DNA from: Octopus sinensis | Taxonomy: Eukaryota | Reading direction: 5' to 3' | Length of the DNA: 64,000 nt | NCBI RefSeq assembly: GCF_006345805.1 | Contig: NC_043005.1 | Span: forward strand, 100,316,001-100,380,000 | Part shown: positions 12,232 to 24,279 of the stretch, piece after piece | How positions within the stretch are numbered: position 1 is the first letter of the stretch | Layout of the letters: each line of letters starts with the position of its first letter | Made by a program: the position numbers and the translations under genes | The notes under the pieces: generated by a model | What the model was told of the DNA's origin: nothing | The model's database searches: none | Seen by the model: the letters and a program-made list of their open reading frames with translations, nothing else

Positions 12232-12591
12232 GCACAGCTCAAGAACATAGAAGTGCTGACAGAACTTGCATAAATGTGCAGAAAGCATGATAATGGTGGT
12301 AGTGGTGGTAGTGGTGGTGGTACTGCTGCTGCTGATGATATCCTGGTATGACAGTCATTATAATTATTGGACCTTATTTATATTTGTTGTCCTTGTTATT
12401 AATGTTGTTGTTGTTGAAAAATGTCTATTTATTCCTAATTAGGAAGATCTAGTTCTAGATACAGAATATATTCCATGATATATGTATACGTGTTTCCGTG
12501 TATGCACGCACACACACACATATTGTAAAAGAGAGAGAGACAGACAGGGAGAAAAGAGGTACATTTGAATATGAATATATATATACACAAA

Positions 12592-12998
12592 CGCAGGAGT
12601 GGCTGTGTGGTAAGTAGCTTGCTTACCAACCACATGGTTCCGGGTTCAGTCCTACTGTGTGGAACCTTGGACAAGTGTCTTCTACTATAGCCTCAGGCTG
12701 ACCAAAGGCTTGTGAGTGGATTTGATAGACAGAAACTAAAAGAAGCCCGTTGTATATATATATATATGTATGTGTGTGCATATGTTTGTGTGTCTGTATT
12801 TGTCCTCCTCATCATCGTTTGACAAGTGATGCTGGTGTGTTTACATCCTGGTAACTTAGTGGTTTGGCAAAAGAGACTGATAGAATAAGTACTAGGCTTT
12901 CAAAGAATAAGTACTGGGGTCGATTTGCTTGACTAAAGGTGGTGCTCCAGCATGACCACAGTCAAATGACTGAAACAAGTAAAAGAGTAAAAGAGTAA
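12592..12998 (+). mobile_element. SINE family A
   Basis: Head GCAGGAGTGGCTGTGTGG, internal TA/TG tract, family tail. Confidence 0.85.
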
Positions 12999-12999
12999 T

Positions 13000-13250
13000 A
13001 TATATTTCATTTTTAGATTTGGTTTGCAAGATTCTTTATATGAGTTTGTGTGTTGAAGCATATTCTGTTGTGTCCAGGGAGAGACATTCTCTTTTGCTGC
13101 CTTATAATTTAACACACTCACTGGTAAAATTTCCATTCATTTCTTTTTTATTTTAGAAAAATAAAATAAAAAGAAATGAGTGTAAATTTTACCCAGGACA
13201 GTGTTAAATTATAAGGCACAAAAAGAGAATGACTCTCCCCAGACACAACA
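13000..13250. mobile_element. Foldback/MITE-like palindrome, copy 2 (shortened centre)
   Basis: Same arm sequence as 1157-1446 in inverted orientation. Confidence 0.7.
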
Positions 13251-13284
<34 letters not shown>

Positions 13285-13602
13285 CAATTGCAGTATGGAA
13301 GGTGTTTATAAGACGTTTAAGAAACACAAAAACCGTTAGATTCACTTCAACATTTAAATTTTATTTGTCAAAATATTTTCGTTGCTTTGAGATTGCGACC
13401 TGTTCACTGACAAAATTCCATGCTGATATTTTCTTCTAACATGCTGGCTTCGAGAGACAGTCTATACATTATCACTGTAGTAGAAGGGTAGAGTGGTATA
13501 TAGGGATTCTGTGTTGTAAAAGGGTACAACAGTATATAGAATACAGTATCATAGTTTGAAGAGACAGAATATTTTATTTGGGCATTGCTTTGTATAGGAG
13601 TG

Positions 13603-13890
13603 TGGAGGCACAATGGCCCAGTGGTTAGGGCAACAAACTCGCAGTTTCAATTCCCAGACCGGGCGTTGTGTGTGTTTATTGAGCAAAATCGCCTAAAAAC
13701 CCCATGAGGCTCTGGCAGGGGGTGGTGGCGACCCCAATTATATTCTTTCACCACAACTTTCTTTCACTCTCTCTTCCTGTTTCTTGAGTAATGCTGCGAT
13801 GGACTGGTGTCCCGTCCTGCTGGGGGTAACACATACGCCATAGAAACTGGGAAACCGGGCCCATGAGCCTTGCTAGGCTTGAAAAGGGTG
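13603..13890 (+). mobile_element. tRNA-derived SINE, family D
   Basis: Head GGAGGCACAATGGCCCAGTGGTTAGGGC; body GCTGCGATGGACTGGTGTCC (V-SINE-like); second copy at 37068. Confidence 0.75.
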
Positions 13891-14185
13891 ACGTTTGTAT
13901 GGGGGTACAGTGTGGAGCAGAGGGAATTTAACTTTGCTTTCACAATGAAGCTATTAAGGGTCAGTCTTTGTTTAGGAGGAAAAGAGTGAATAGGTGCCAC
14001 GGCATTCATATTGTTATGAATATCTCATTATATTAAATGTGAGGATGTCCAAAAGGAACCAATAACGTATTGTATGTACTAAAAACTGAAACTAACATAA
14101 TCTACCAATTCGTATGTGGGAGACTCTTTCCTCCTCTATATAACTTGCTCTACACACAATAATCCACTTATATATTTACATTTAC

Positions 14186-14313
14186 TTCTGTAACAACAAG
14201 CAATAACTGATGGTTTGGTTTCTACTGAACTTCCATTTGTAACTGAATTGAATTGTAAAGAAAGCCACAGTCGTGCTAAGTGCGTGTAATGGTTGAATAT
14301 GAAGGTATCCAGC
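14186..14313 (-). CDS. Candidate internal exon of unidentified gene
   Basis: TTCTAACATTCAACAG acceptor, GTAAAT donor, 128 nt, two frames open (AGYLHIQPLH.. or LDTFIFNHYTH..). Confidence 0.4.
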
Positions 14314-14477
14314 CTGTTGAATGTTAGAAACTTTATAACATGATTTACTCTCTTTCCCAATGAACACAACCAATATCTGCCTCAATAAACTCCATCCACA
14401 CCGTGCAAGATTGAGAAAATGGACATTAAAATGATGCTGATGACAGTGATGTCGATTACTAGTTGTGGTTGACTCAC

Positions 14478-14566
14478 CACACAAGACTCTGACTGTTTGC
14501 ACCAGATATAATCCCCATTACATGATGCGTGTTTCTCATCCCAAAAGCATCGTTTTATGCCCACAC
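14478..14566 (-). CDS. Candidate internal exon of unidentified gene (Cys/Trp-rich)
   Basis: AAG acceptor (weak), GTGAGT donor, 89 nt, single open frame VGIKRCFWDEKHASCNGDYIWCKQSESCV, ends in phase 0. Confidence 0.35.
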
Positions 14567-15789
14567 CTTAATGTGTAAAAGGCATAACCTGGCCAAATAT
14601 TAAACTACTCTTTAAAGTCCCTAATAACTTCACCAATTTCCCCTGCTTGCATACAATCAACACGACCCACAAGCATCACAAAAATACCATTTCTGTTTAG
14701 ACTTTATCAATTAAAATGTTAATATTCAAATATTTTGACAATTTATTCAGAATATTTGAAGCATTAAGCATGGACTTCTACAATCATTTTATTGCCAGCT
14801 GAAAGTAAAAACAAACAAACAAGAAGAAAATATTAGTTTTAGGTCAACATTGCAACTTGGTTTTCCAGATTACGGTCTCAATTATTACTGCAGCTTTTAA
14901 GTCGTCTTTCTCATCAATGTAATGATTGTTTTTACAGAAATATTTGAATTTGTTTATGAATATCACATGTGATTAATGCTACAGTTGCAAATTCTGTCCT
15001 TTATTTATTTCTGTTAATACTGATAATTAAGTTTTATGTTTCATTCTATTTCCAATAGTATGTAGCGGAAGAAAGCGAGAAAATTATCTTCGCAAAAATT
15101 CCTAACAATTAAACAGAAGAAAAAATAGAAAAACAAAAGCAATAGAACCATTAATTAAATTAAATTTCTCCAGCAATATCAATAATGTCTTTGGAAACAT
15201 ACCTTTTACTACAATTTAATTTTAAAAAGATGTCACTTGTTAAGGTTTCTTCCATCTGTAAAAGTACATCAGAATCTCCAAGTTAACCGGAATATATTGT
15301 ACATCAGGTAATACTGATTAATGAAGCCAATTACACAGAGAGGAAGCCGTTTCCTACATTTATAATGGGACTTTTATGACTTTGGGCCCTTTCATAATAA
15401 AGTGTCAAGTGTAATCATGGAAAGATTTAGAGTTAATCTGTCATGTCAAGAATATTGATACAAGGAATGAATGTTGTTTTATAAATAAATGTCACGTCCT
15501 TAATATGGCAATGTATGATTGTTTAGATAGAAGAGGACTAGTAGCATATGGTAATTCAAACAGAAGTATATTGCTATGATATATGGCAATTTAAAGAGCA
15601 GTATATAGATATAGTATAGTGTATAGATATAGCAGTGTAAATGTATTCTATTGTGATTCAAATAAGCAGTGTATCAATAGAATATTGTGCATATGCTAAT
15701 TTAATTGGTAGTATACAGCAGTTTAAATAGCAGCATAAATATATATATATCTATCTATATATATATATATAGTTAATCCAAACATGAAC

Positions 15790-16160
<371 letters not shown>

Positions 16161-16639
16161 TTGTATAAGAGGGTGGATGTGCAATTTCGGTCACTGCTTA
16201 CAGGAATGATTTGCTCCTGTCATGCAATAACTATTTACAGTCAGCTGGAATAACCTATTTGGGAGTTAAGTGTTTAGAATTCGCTATATATATCCTGTAA
16301 TTGTATGCCAGTTAGCAAATATGACCTCTTCCTTGTGATCTAGTCATGAATACGCTATGAATAATTTCTGTAATTAAATCATTAAAATATACATATTTTC
16401 ATGCACATCTTATGAAAATGTAAACATCATGTAAAGGTGTTTGAAGAAAGCAGTCAACATAAAAGATGTCAATTTTCACCAATATGTAAGAGTTATGAGA
16501 TTTATATTTGATGCAATATACAAGGTTGTGGGAAATTCAAACAAGGCTTGTCAGTGAATCATGGTAGAAAGTAGATTCAGGGTGTATGTATTTGGGACAC
16601 CAATATACAATATTGGTAGATATATATTGGTACAATATT

Positions 16640-17020
16640 GGTAGATATGCTAAGAGCACCATCTGAACGTGATCATTGCCAGAGCAGCCAACTGGCTTCC
16701 GTACCCGTGGCATGTACAAGGACACCATTCGAGCATGATCATTACCAACGTCACTTTACTGGCACCTGTTCCGGTGGCACGTGTAAAAGATATGAGCGAG
16801 GTCATTGCCAGTACCGCCTGACTGGCCCCCATGCCGGTGGCACGTAAAAAGCACCCACTACACTCTCAGAGTGGTTGGCGTTAGGAAGGGCATCTAGCTG
16901 TAGAAACTCTGCCAAATCAAGATTGGAGCCTGGTGCGACCATCTGGCTCGCCAGCCCTCAGTCAAAATCGTCCAAACCATGCTAGCATGGAAAATGGACG
17001 TTAAACGATAATGATGATGT
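16640..17020 (+). mobile_element. RTE LINE 3' UTR fragment
   Basis: GGCAC/AAAAGCACC units, RTE tail, GATAATGATGATG. Confidence 0.85.
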
Positions 17021-17059
17021 AATCAAGCCTTAAGGGTGAAGGTCAGTAGAGAAGTGAAT

Positions 17060-17450
17060 TATAGACATGTAGATTTGAGATCAAAGTGCAGATGCTTTGT
17101 GAACAGACTCAGTAGAGTTCAGAAGTAAGTAATGATACAGGGTGATACCGTTTGAGGAAGAAGTGGTTGCGTGTCATCAAATTAGAAAATAACAACCAAG
17201 TCTTTGCAAAGTACTCACTAGAGTTAAAGAAATGGTCAGAATATGATAGCAATTCTAATGTGAGTAGTACAAGAGGAGGAAAAGTTGTGAAGCTGAGACT
17301 GGTGTGTGAGGTAAATTTTAAAGATGGATAGAGGATGTTGGCAGAAGAATTAAAGGTAATGGGTTCATCTGTTGAAGCAATTGTAATTGATGAGGTAACC
17401 ATAGAATCCAGGGCAGGCCAGGTGAGGTGGGCGTGCAATATGGCCCACAA
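17060..17450 (-). pseudogene. Decayed L2/CR1-like ORF2 fragment
   Basis: KRYHPVSLLTS resembles the NYRPISLL motif N-terminal to LINE RTs; otherwise highly degenerate. Confidence 0.35.
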
Positions 17451-17451
17451 A

Positions 17452-17700
17452 GAGATGGAGGTCTTTGTGGTTAGGGTATTGGATTCCTAATCATAAGATT
17501 GTGATTTCAATTCATGGACCGGGTGCTGCCATGTGTTCTTGAGCAAGACACTTCATTTTATGTTGCTCCAGTCCACTCAGCTGGCAAAAACGAGTAATCT
17601 TGTGATGAACTGGTGTCCCACCAAGTTGGGAAATTTATATGCCATGGAAACCAGGAATTGGCCCTTATGATTCAGCATAGCTCAAGAAGGTAACTTTAAC
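17452..17700 (+). mobile_element. SINE family C/D-related
   Basis: Degenerate tRNA head, TTCTTGAGCAAGACACTTC core, GTGATGAACTGGTGTCCC 3' part. Confidence 0.65.
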
Positions 17701-17806
17701 TTTTTTTTTACAAGGAGATGGACATATCTAGGGTTCGTTTTAGTGTCCATGTCCCCTTGTTAGTTTGTTGATTGAACCCACCAAGGAAAGGTATATGTAA
17801 GAGAAT

Positions 17807-18022
17807 AAGGGAGCTGGCAGAAACGTTAGCATGTTGGGCGAAATATGTAGCCGTATTTCGTCTGCCGTTACGTTCTGAGTTCAAATTCTGCCAAGGTCGA
17901 CTTTGCCTGTCATCCTTTCGGGGTCGATAAATTAAGTACCAGTTATGCACTGGGGTTGATGTAATCGACTTAATCCATTTGTCCTCTCTGTGTTTAGCCC
18001 CTTGTGGGTAGTAAAGAAATAC
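17807..18022 (+). mobile_element. SINE family B
   Basis: 12-bp TSD ATGTAAGAGAAT at 17795-17806 and 18023-18034. Confidence 0.9.
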
Positions 18023-19030
18023 ATGTAAGAGAATGTAAAAATGAGTTCAGCTATGCAGTGAAACTGTTGGTTCTAGGTTCAAGGAAGAGGAAAGATCAAA
18101 GAAATGTTTAAAGACTAAGAGGACTTTTAGGCATTAAACATTAAGGGCAATAACAATAGATAGAGGTCCACAGTAAATGGGAGCTGTGAGGTTCCGGCAA
18201 AGAAAGAAAAGTAGTGAAGAAGGTTAAAGATATGCTTAGTGTCCTTGATGTATGAAGGTAGGATAGTAATAAAGGATAAAGTGACTCTCTGCTCTGTTTA
18301 TAGAATAGAAACAAAATGCAAAATAGATGCAAATGCTGTAAAGACACAACCTGAATGTATTCAGGTTAATAGTGTGAATCACCTGAGGTGAAAGGTAATG
18401 CATGTATTGACAATGTGATAGAACTACTGGAATATATCCAAATTTAAGACTTCCCTGCAGCACACTTGTACAAGCACTTTCCTCTTCCCCACTCTCTCTC
18501 TCTCTCTCTCAGAAAGAAAGTGCAAAACAAAATCCACTACAAAAGCAACTTCAACCATCCAGTTTCTCAAGAACTCTGTATTGCAACGTTACATATTCCT
18601 TTCAATAAATCTCACAAATCTACTTCAAGTTCTTTGATAGCCTCTTCCACACAATTCAAACTTTAAAGAATTATTTGGTTTTCTTGTAAACTTCACTCCC
18701 GTACCAACCCCATGTGCTCTCCCGATCTGGCTCTGCATTTCACTTTTGATAAAGTACAAATCCATATTGTCATCAGCCTCTCCTAGTTTAACTGTTTCAA
18801 ATATAAACTACATCAAGTAGCATTGAGGAAAAATTCTGGCTCATTGAGAAAATTGTTCAAAGTAACAATTTATTATAAATACTGGACATATTTCATTTTT
18901 GTATTTCCTTGATTAAAATGAATTTGACAATGTTAATTTTTCACTCTCATTTGATTCAACAACAATTACAATATAATGGAGAGTTTTATCTTTTATTTAT
19001 ATTACAGCATTAATAATAATAATAACAATA

Positions 19031-19062
<32 letters not shown>

Positions 19063-19323
19063 CTCTCCCATTGAAGACAATGTATGAATCTTCCGCTTTT
19101 TTCAAGCAGCTTCTACAAAGGATTTGTTTTTATAGTGATCAAATGTTCATGCTTTTCTCTCTCCATCAAATCAACGTTGTCTGAAGAGGCCATATGTCAG
19201 GTGTCTACATAGTCACAGAGTAACATGAGATGGAATGTGTTGCTCAAGAGCTCAATGCACCACCGGGTCCAGGGATTGAAATCATGATCACTGGATCGTG
19301 AGTGCAATAACAACAACAACAAT

Positions 19324-19838
19324 GATAAGTATGGACTTGACAGAGCAAAAAATTGGTACGACCACAAACCTGAAGGCATTGTCGAAAATAGAAATGCAAA
19401 GATCCTATAGGATTTTATGATCCAGTGTGACCATGAGATTGAGAATAGGAAACCGGACATAGTCTTAATTGAGAAAGAAAACAAACTATGCTGGATTATA
19501 GACATAGCACGCCCAGCTGACAACAAGGTATGCGATAAGGAAGAAAGAAAAGCCGAGCTATATGATAGGTTAGCTTGGGAAGTTAGCAGTTGTGGTCGAT
19601 GAAAAAGGTAGCAGTAGCTACCAATAACTGTTGGAGCCCTGGGAACAGTGAGCAAAAATCTCAAGAAGTACATGGAACAAATAGGGGATGCATTAAGGGT
19701 GGAGTACTTGCAGAAAACAACACTGCTTGGAACTGCTTGAATACTCCAGAAGGTGCTCGAAAAATAAGAGATGTTAACTTAGTAGTGAACAGCTGACACT
19801 GTCATACATCTCCAGCGTTAGAAGCTGTGCAAAGGCAA
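19324..19838 (+). mobile_element. Dong/R4-clade LINE 3' end (restriction-like endonuclease region)
   Basis: WYDHKPEGIVEN..DF.IQCDHEIENRKPDIVLIEK..IIDIA.P.D and VGALGTVSKNL..LQKTTLLGTA; flanked by (AAC)n and (AAT)n. Confidence 0.85.
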
Positions 19839-19873
19839 TAATAATAATAATGATAATAATAATAGTAATAATA

Positions 19874-19916
<43 letters not shown>

Positions 19917-19917
<1 letters not shown>

Positions 19918-20460
19918 TAGTACCAGGCAGTGGCTCTCATGGCTTCTGATCTTAACTGATTGGAAGTGTTATAACATACATTGATTTATCTTGGTATAAA
20001 AGATGGGCTACAGCAAATATTCTGCTCAATACAACAGATTTGTTTGTCAGCTGTTTGGCCTTAACCAGTTCAGCATGTCCCTTTGTGGCTGATGATATGT
20101 GCATCTCTGATCACGTGCAGAAGTAGTGGGGGAAACATCATAGCCATGTGTTGAGAGGGATTCTTTGGAGTTTAGATAATTCACCTTTGGAAACATGGGT
20201 GTTTCGTTCAACATCCTTAAACAACCTTTATTCAGGGAACTTGTGAGTAAGATGAGCTGCTCAACCTGAAGAAAATTTCTAACTGACCCCACCTGTAAGG
20301 TCATGAACTGTTTATCTTGCTATGAGATCACCATGTCGCTCACATATGGTTGTGATGCATGTGCCTGGTGTACCCTTATCAGATTAGTAGTCGTGGGTAT
20401 ACTGGGGATTGTATATTTTACCCTAGTGTCACTTTGGTGGTATGCGTTGCTCACTCATTC
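19917..20460 (+). mobile_element. Element X: about 540-bp non-coding repeat between (AAT)n tracts
   Basis: Second copy at 25537-26045 on the minus strand; no ORF, no obvious tRNA head. Confidence 0.7.
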
Positions 20461-20473
20461 AATAATAATAATA

Positions 20474-20756
20474 AAGATCTGGAAATAGAGGTAGCTCAAC
20501 TGTGGAGCCTAAAAACTGAAACAATTCCTATAATAGTAGGCGCATTAGGTATGATAAAAAAAATTCAGACACGAGGAATTACGAGCATGTACAGCATACA
20601 GAAAATAGCACTACTAGGCACCGCACACATCCTATGTATGACATTTTCAATACAGTGAAAATAAGAGCAGCACAACAGACCACAGCACATACCCAAAGCA
20701 CACAGAGCTGCACTCTGTAGTGCAGTGAAAGCACGTGATAAAAATAAGACACCTGA
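20474..20756 (+). mobile_element. Second Dong/R4-clade LINE 3' end
   Basis: KDLEIEVAQLWSLKTETIPIIVGALGMIKK..IQKIALLGTAHIL; (AAT)n on both sides. Confidence 0.8.
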
Positions 20757-20789
20757 ATAATAATAATAATAATAATAGTAATAATAGTA

Positions 20790-20857
<68 letters not shown>

Positions 20858-20932
20858 AAGAAGAAGAAGAAGAAGAAGAAGAAGAAGAAGAAGAAGAAGA
20901 AGAAGAAGAAGAAGAAGAAGAAGAAGAAGAAG

Positions 20933-20961
<29 letters not shown>
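20757..20961 (+). repeat. (AAT)n followed by perfect (AAG)n
   Basis: Direct inspection. Confidence 0.95.
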
Positions 20962-20963
<2 letters not shown>

Positions 20964-22367
20964 GCTTCTAAGACCTTGTAAGACTTCTGTTATGACTGGG
21001 ATACAGCAAACTTTACAGCAATTCCACACCCTTAATTTTTTATTTTTTGTCTACCATTTTTGTATCAAATGAATAAACCATACTGATTGTGTAATACACT
21101 CTTTCCCTTTCAGTGAATGCAACAATATCTGGGCATAAATATTCTATTTAGCTATGTGTTAATTTTCATATCTCATTAATACCTTTCAAAGATGTGCTGT
21201 ACCATTTTTCGACATTCCAAAACATTTTTTTACAGATATGCTAATATGAAACTGTAAACACTTTGGAATTGTCTTTAGTTCTTGTAAACACCAAGATTCA
21301 ATATTCTACATTTAGAGATTACATTACCAACTGTCTTCTCTTTCACCAGACACTCTACATTCAGCAAAGATGTCTTCTATATGAATCTTTTTCTGATTGC
21401 TTGATCCTGCAAAGTTGTGATAAAACCCTCTGTCTCTTTTTTCAAAATGCCCCTCTTTAACCCTTTACCATTTAAACCGGTTATATCCAGCCAAAAGTAT
21501 TCTGCCATTTTTATGTTCAAACTGGCCAGATCTGGTCTCTCGCACCAACCCTACAATATCGTTTTAAAAATTAACAGCTGCCTCATCAAAATCTCATAGC
21601 TACAAGATAATGCATGATTAATTCTAATCAATATGGGTAAAAAAGCATTAATTTTGGTAGAATAATGCGAACACTATAGGGTTAATCACTAAAACTACTT
21701 CTGATCTTGACCCCCTTCAGTACTTGAAAAAACAAAAAAACCCAAAAAGAAAGACCAAAAAACACTTCCCCGCCCCCATCCCCAAAAACTTTTCTGTTCC
21801 TATCTTTGCTTCCTAGCTTCAAGAATTTCATTTCTTTTTTCTTCCTCAGTTGATAGCTACTATCTCCTTATTCCTATCAAAAGTGCATCACCACTCCCAT
21901 TAACATACTTCCTATATTTCCACCTGATCTTCTAGACTTATCTGACCCCTTCCTTCAGTCTTTCTCTTGAAATACAATCTTGTCAACATCTACCTGCAGG
22001 TGTGAGGTACAGTAGATTTTCAGCGATTTCCTCATTTTGTTTTTCTTATCAACATTCTCAAGGTCTCCCTTTATCCATTTGTCTTTTCTGACATTTAATC
22101 TCAGTTGTCGAAGCTTATCCTTCAGTTATTCTGTTGCAACATTCATTTCCTTGTTTCCTTTTTCCTTGTATTTCCTTTCTAGTGTTTTAATCACTCTTTC
22201 TTTTCATAGTACATCCTCATCCTCTTTAGATAGCTGTAGCTGACTCACTTCCCAAGCTCTCTTGATGCTTTCTTCTATCCATCCTTTCCAACAAGTATTT
22301 GTCCCTTCTCGAGTTACCTGTTGTGTAGGAGGGGGTGCTGAAAAGTTCCTGGCTTTAAGGGTATTGT

Positions 22368-22786
22368 TTAAGGTGTCAAGCTAGCAGAAACGTTTGCACA
22401 CCGGGCAAAATGCTTAGCGGTATTTCGTCTGCCATTGCGTTCTGAGTTCAAATTCCGCCGAGGTTGACTTTGCCATTCATCCTTTCGGGGTCGATTAAAT
22501 AAGTACCAGTTACGCATTAGGGTCGATATAATCGACTTAATCCGTTTGTCTGTCCTTGTTTGTCCTCTCTGTGTTAAGCACCTTGTGTGTAGTAAAGAAC
22601 TATGTATTTCTTCTGCCGTTACGTTCTGAGTTCAAATTCCGTCGAGGTCGACTTTGCCTTTCATCCTTTCAGGGTCGATAAATAAAGTACCAGTTATGCA
22701 CTGGGGTCGATGTAATTGACTTAATCCGTTTGTCTGTCCTTGTTTGTCCTCTCTGTGTTCAGCCCCTTGTGGGTAGTAAAGAAATA
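22368..22786 (+). mobile_element. SINE family B head-to-tail dimer
   Basis: Full copy plus 5'-truncated copy inside one TSD GGTATTGT (22360-22367, 22787-22794). Confidence 0.85.
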
Positions 22787-22892
22787 GGTATTGTGAAAGG
22801 CTTGGCTGGAGGCCCAACATTCTAAGTTCTTTTACAGGGTTTAGAAAAACTGAAGGACCACTGCAGTAATTGTGTGAATCTAAGAGGAGAAT

Positions 22893-23193
22893 ATATAAAA
22901 CTTCAACTATCACTATCTCCTCTGAGACCCTGCAGCGCAAGTTGACCAAAATCGAGAGTATGATAGAAGAAGGCTTGCTCTTCCTTCCGTAGAAAAAAAA
23001 TTCAAATCGGACCATGTTAACACCAAAAATTATTTACATCAAAAAGGTGCTTTTTTTTTCTATGAAAATCCCTATTTTTTATGATTTTTTGACTGCTGTG
23101 TCGCCAGGAAAATGTTCACAAATTTCTACTTTTCTAAAATTCCAATTCTAAAGGGTCGAAACAAATCCGAGCAATGCTGGGCGATACTGCTAG
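22893..23193 (+). mobile_element. Non-autonomous Helitron-like element
   Basis: 3' end CCGAGCAATGCTGGGCGATACTG-CTAG|T (GC-rich hairpin plus CTAG), matching the 56004 element terminus. Confidence 0.65.
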
Positions 23194-23869
23194 TGTTGAA
23201 TAAAATCATAATTAACTGATCCTCCTGTATTTTCTTTTACCCAAAGCTAAGAACTTTTCAGCACCCCCTCATAACCAAATCTTGTTCCACTGTTGCTGCT
23301 ATAGCCTTATATAGGTTATTTGCTGCTAAGAGAGGAGAAGCACCTGCCCTATAACATGGCCAATTTATTTCATTTATTGCTTTACTCTCATTCTATTACA
23401 TCCTCTAAGGCGGGAAGGCTTTTCATTGCCGTTTAATTCAAGTTGGTCTAATATCTTCTCCAACAATTCCCTGTCCTTGTTGCTCTGCCACATTCGCAAT
23501 TTTATTTCCTCTTTACCCATTTAATCTAATCTTCAATGAGATACTTTAACAATTTCTTTGTCTCTCTATATCCTTAACCTACACTCACCTCTTCTGCACT
23601 GTTATTCTCTCATTGGGGCTTCTCTTACCTGTTTAGTTTCTCTTCATTCCAGGTTTGATAGGTAGCCATCATGCTTTAAAGAATGAGCCTGCCTCTGCCA
23701 GTTTCTCTTCTGTCCCTGAAAACACATCCAGCTCATTCCAGATTGTTAACATTATTTGTCAACACCCTCTCTATTTGTGTCACTCACAAAATAGCATTTC
23801 ATTGTGAAATTAACATATTTTCTTTTACATAAAATAGAGTTGTTGTTGTTGTTGTTGTCGTTATTAAGC

Positions 23870-24040
23870 ATCCATTGCACTCTCAGAGTGGTTGACATTA
23901 AGGAAGAGCATCCAGCTGTAGAAAACCATGCCAAATCAGACTGGAGTCCGGTGCAGCCTTCCAGCTTACCAGCCCTGGTCAAACCGTCCAACCCATGCCA
24001 GCATGAACAACAGACGTTAAATGAGGATGATGATGATTAT
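23870..24040 (+). mobile_element. RTE LINE tail
   Basis: GAGTGGTTGACATTAAGGAAGAGCATCCAGCTGTAG...GATGATGAT. Confidence 0.75.
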
Positions 24041-24279
24041 TGAAGACATCACAGAATAACCAATATTGCTATGTTGTTGACTGAAGATATTGTGTGTACC
24101 AGGGATTTGTGCTGTCTGTCAGGTCAGAACAAGGACTTCAGACAGATAGCACTTTACACCAGAAGGGAATCTAGGAGACAGGTTTACTTAGCTAGAGGGG
24201 AAGCAGATAAGAACAAAATTTGCCATTGTTATGCATCATGAGTACCTAAGACTTGAAATGTTTCGTGTGAGAGAGAATC

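Larger units (their letters stand above)
22328..23271 (+). mobile_element. Mariner-derived MITE, copy 2 (two nested insertions)
   Basis: TA-flanked TIRs GGAGGGGGTGCTGAAAAGTTCCTGGCTTT / AAAGCTAAGAACTTTTCAGCACCCCCTCA; same internal sequence as 10266-10994. Confidence 0.8.
21800..23760 (-). pseudogene. Decayed Dong/R4-like ORF split by a mariner MITE
   Basis: Frameshifted VDVD.LYFKRK.EGR..ISLED (about 21930-21990) and related degenerate segments either side of 22328-23271. Confidence 0.45.
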
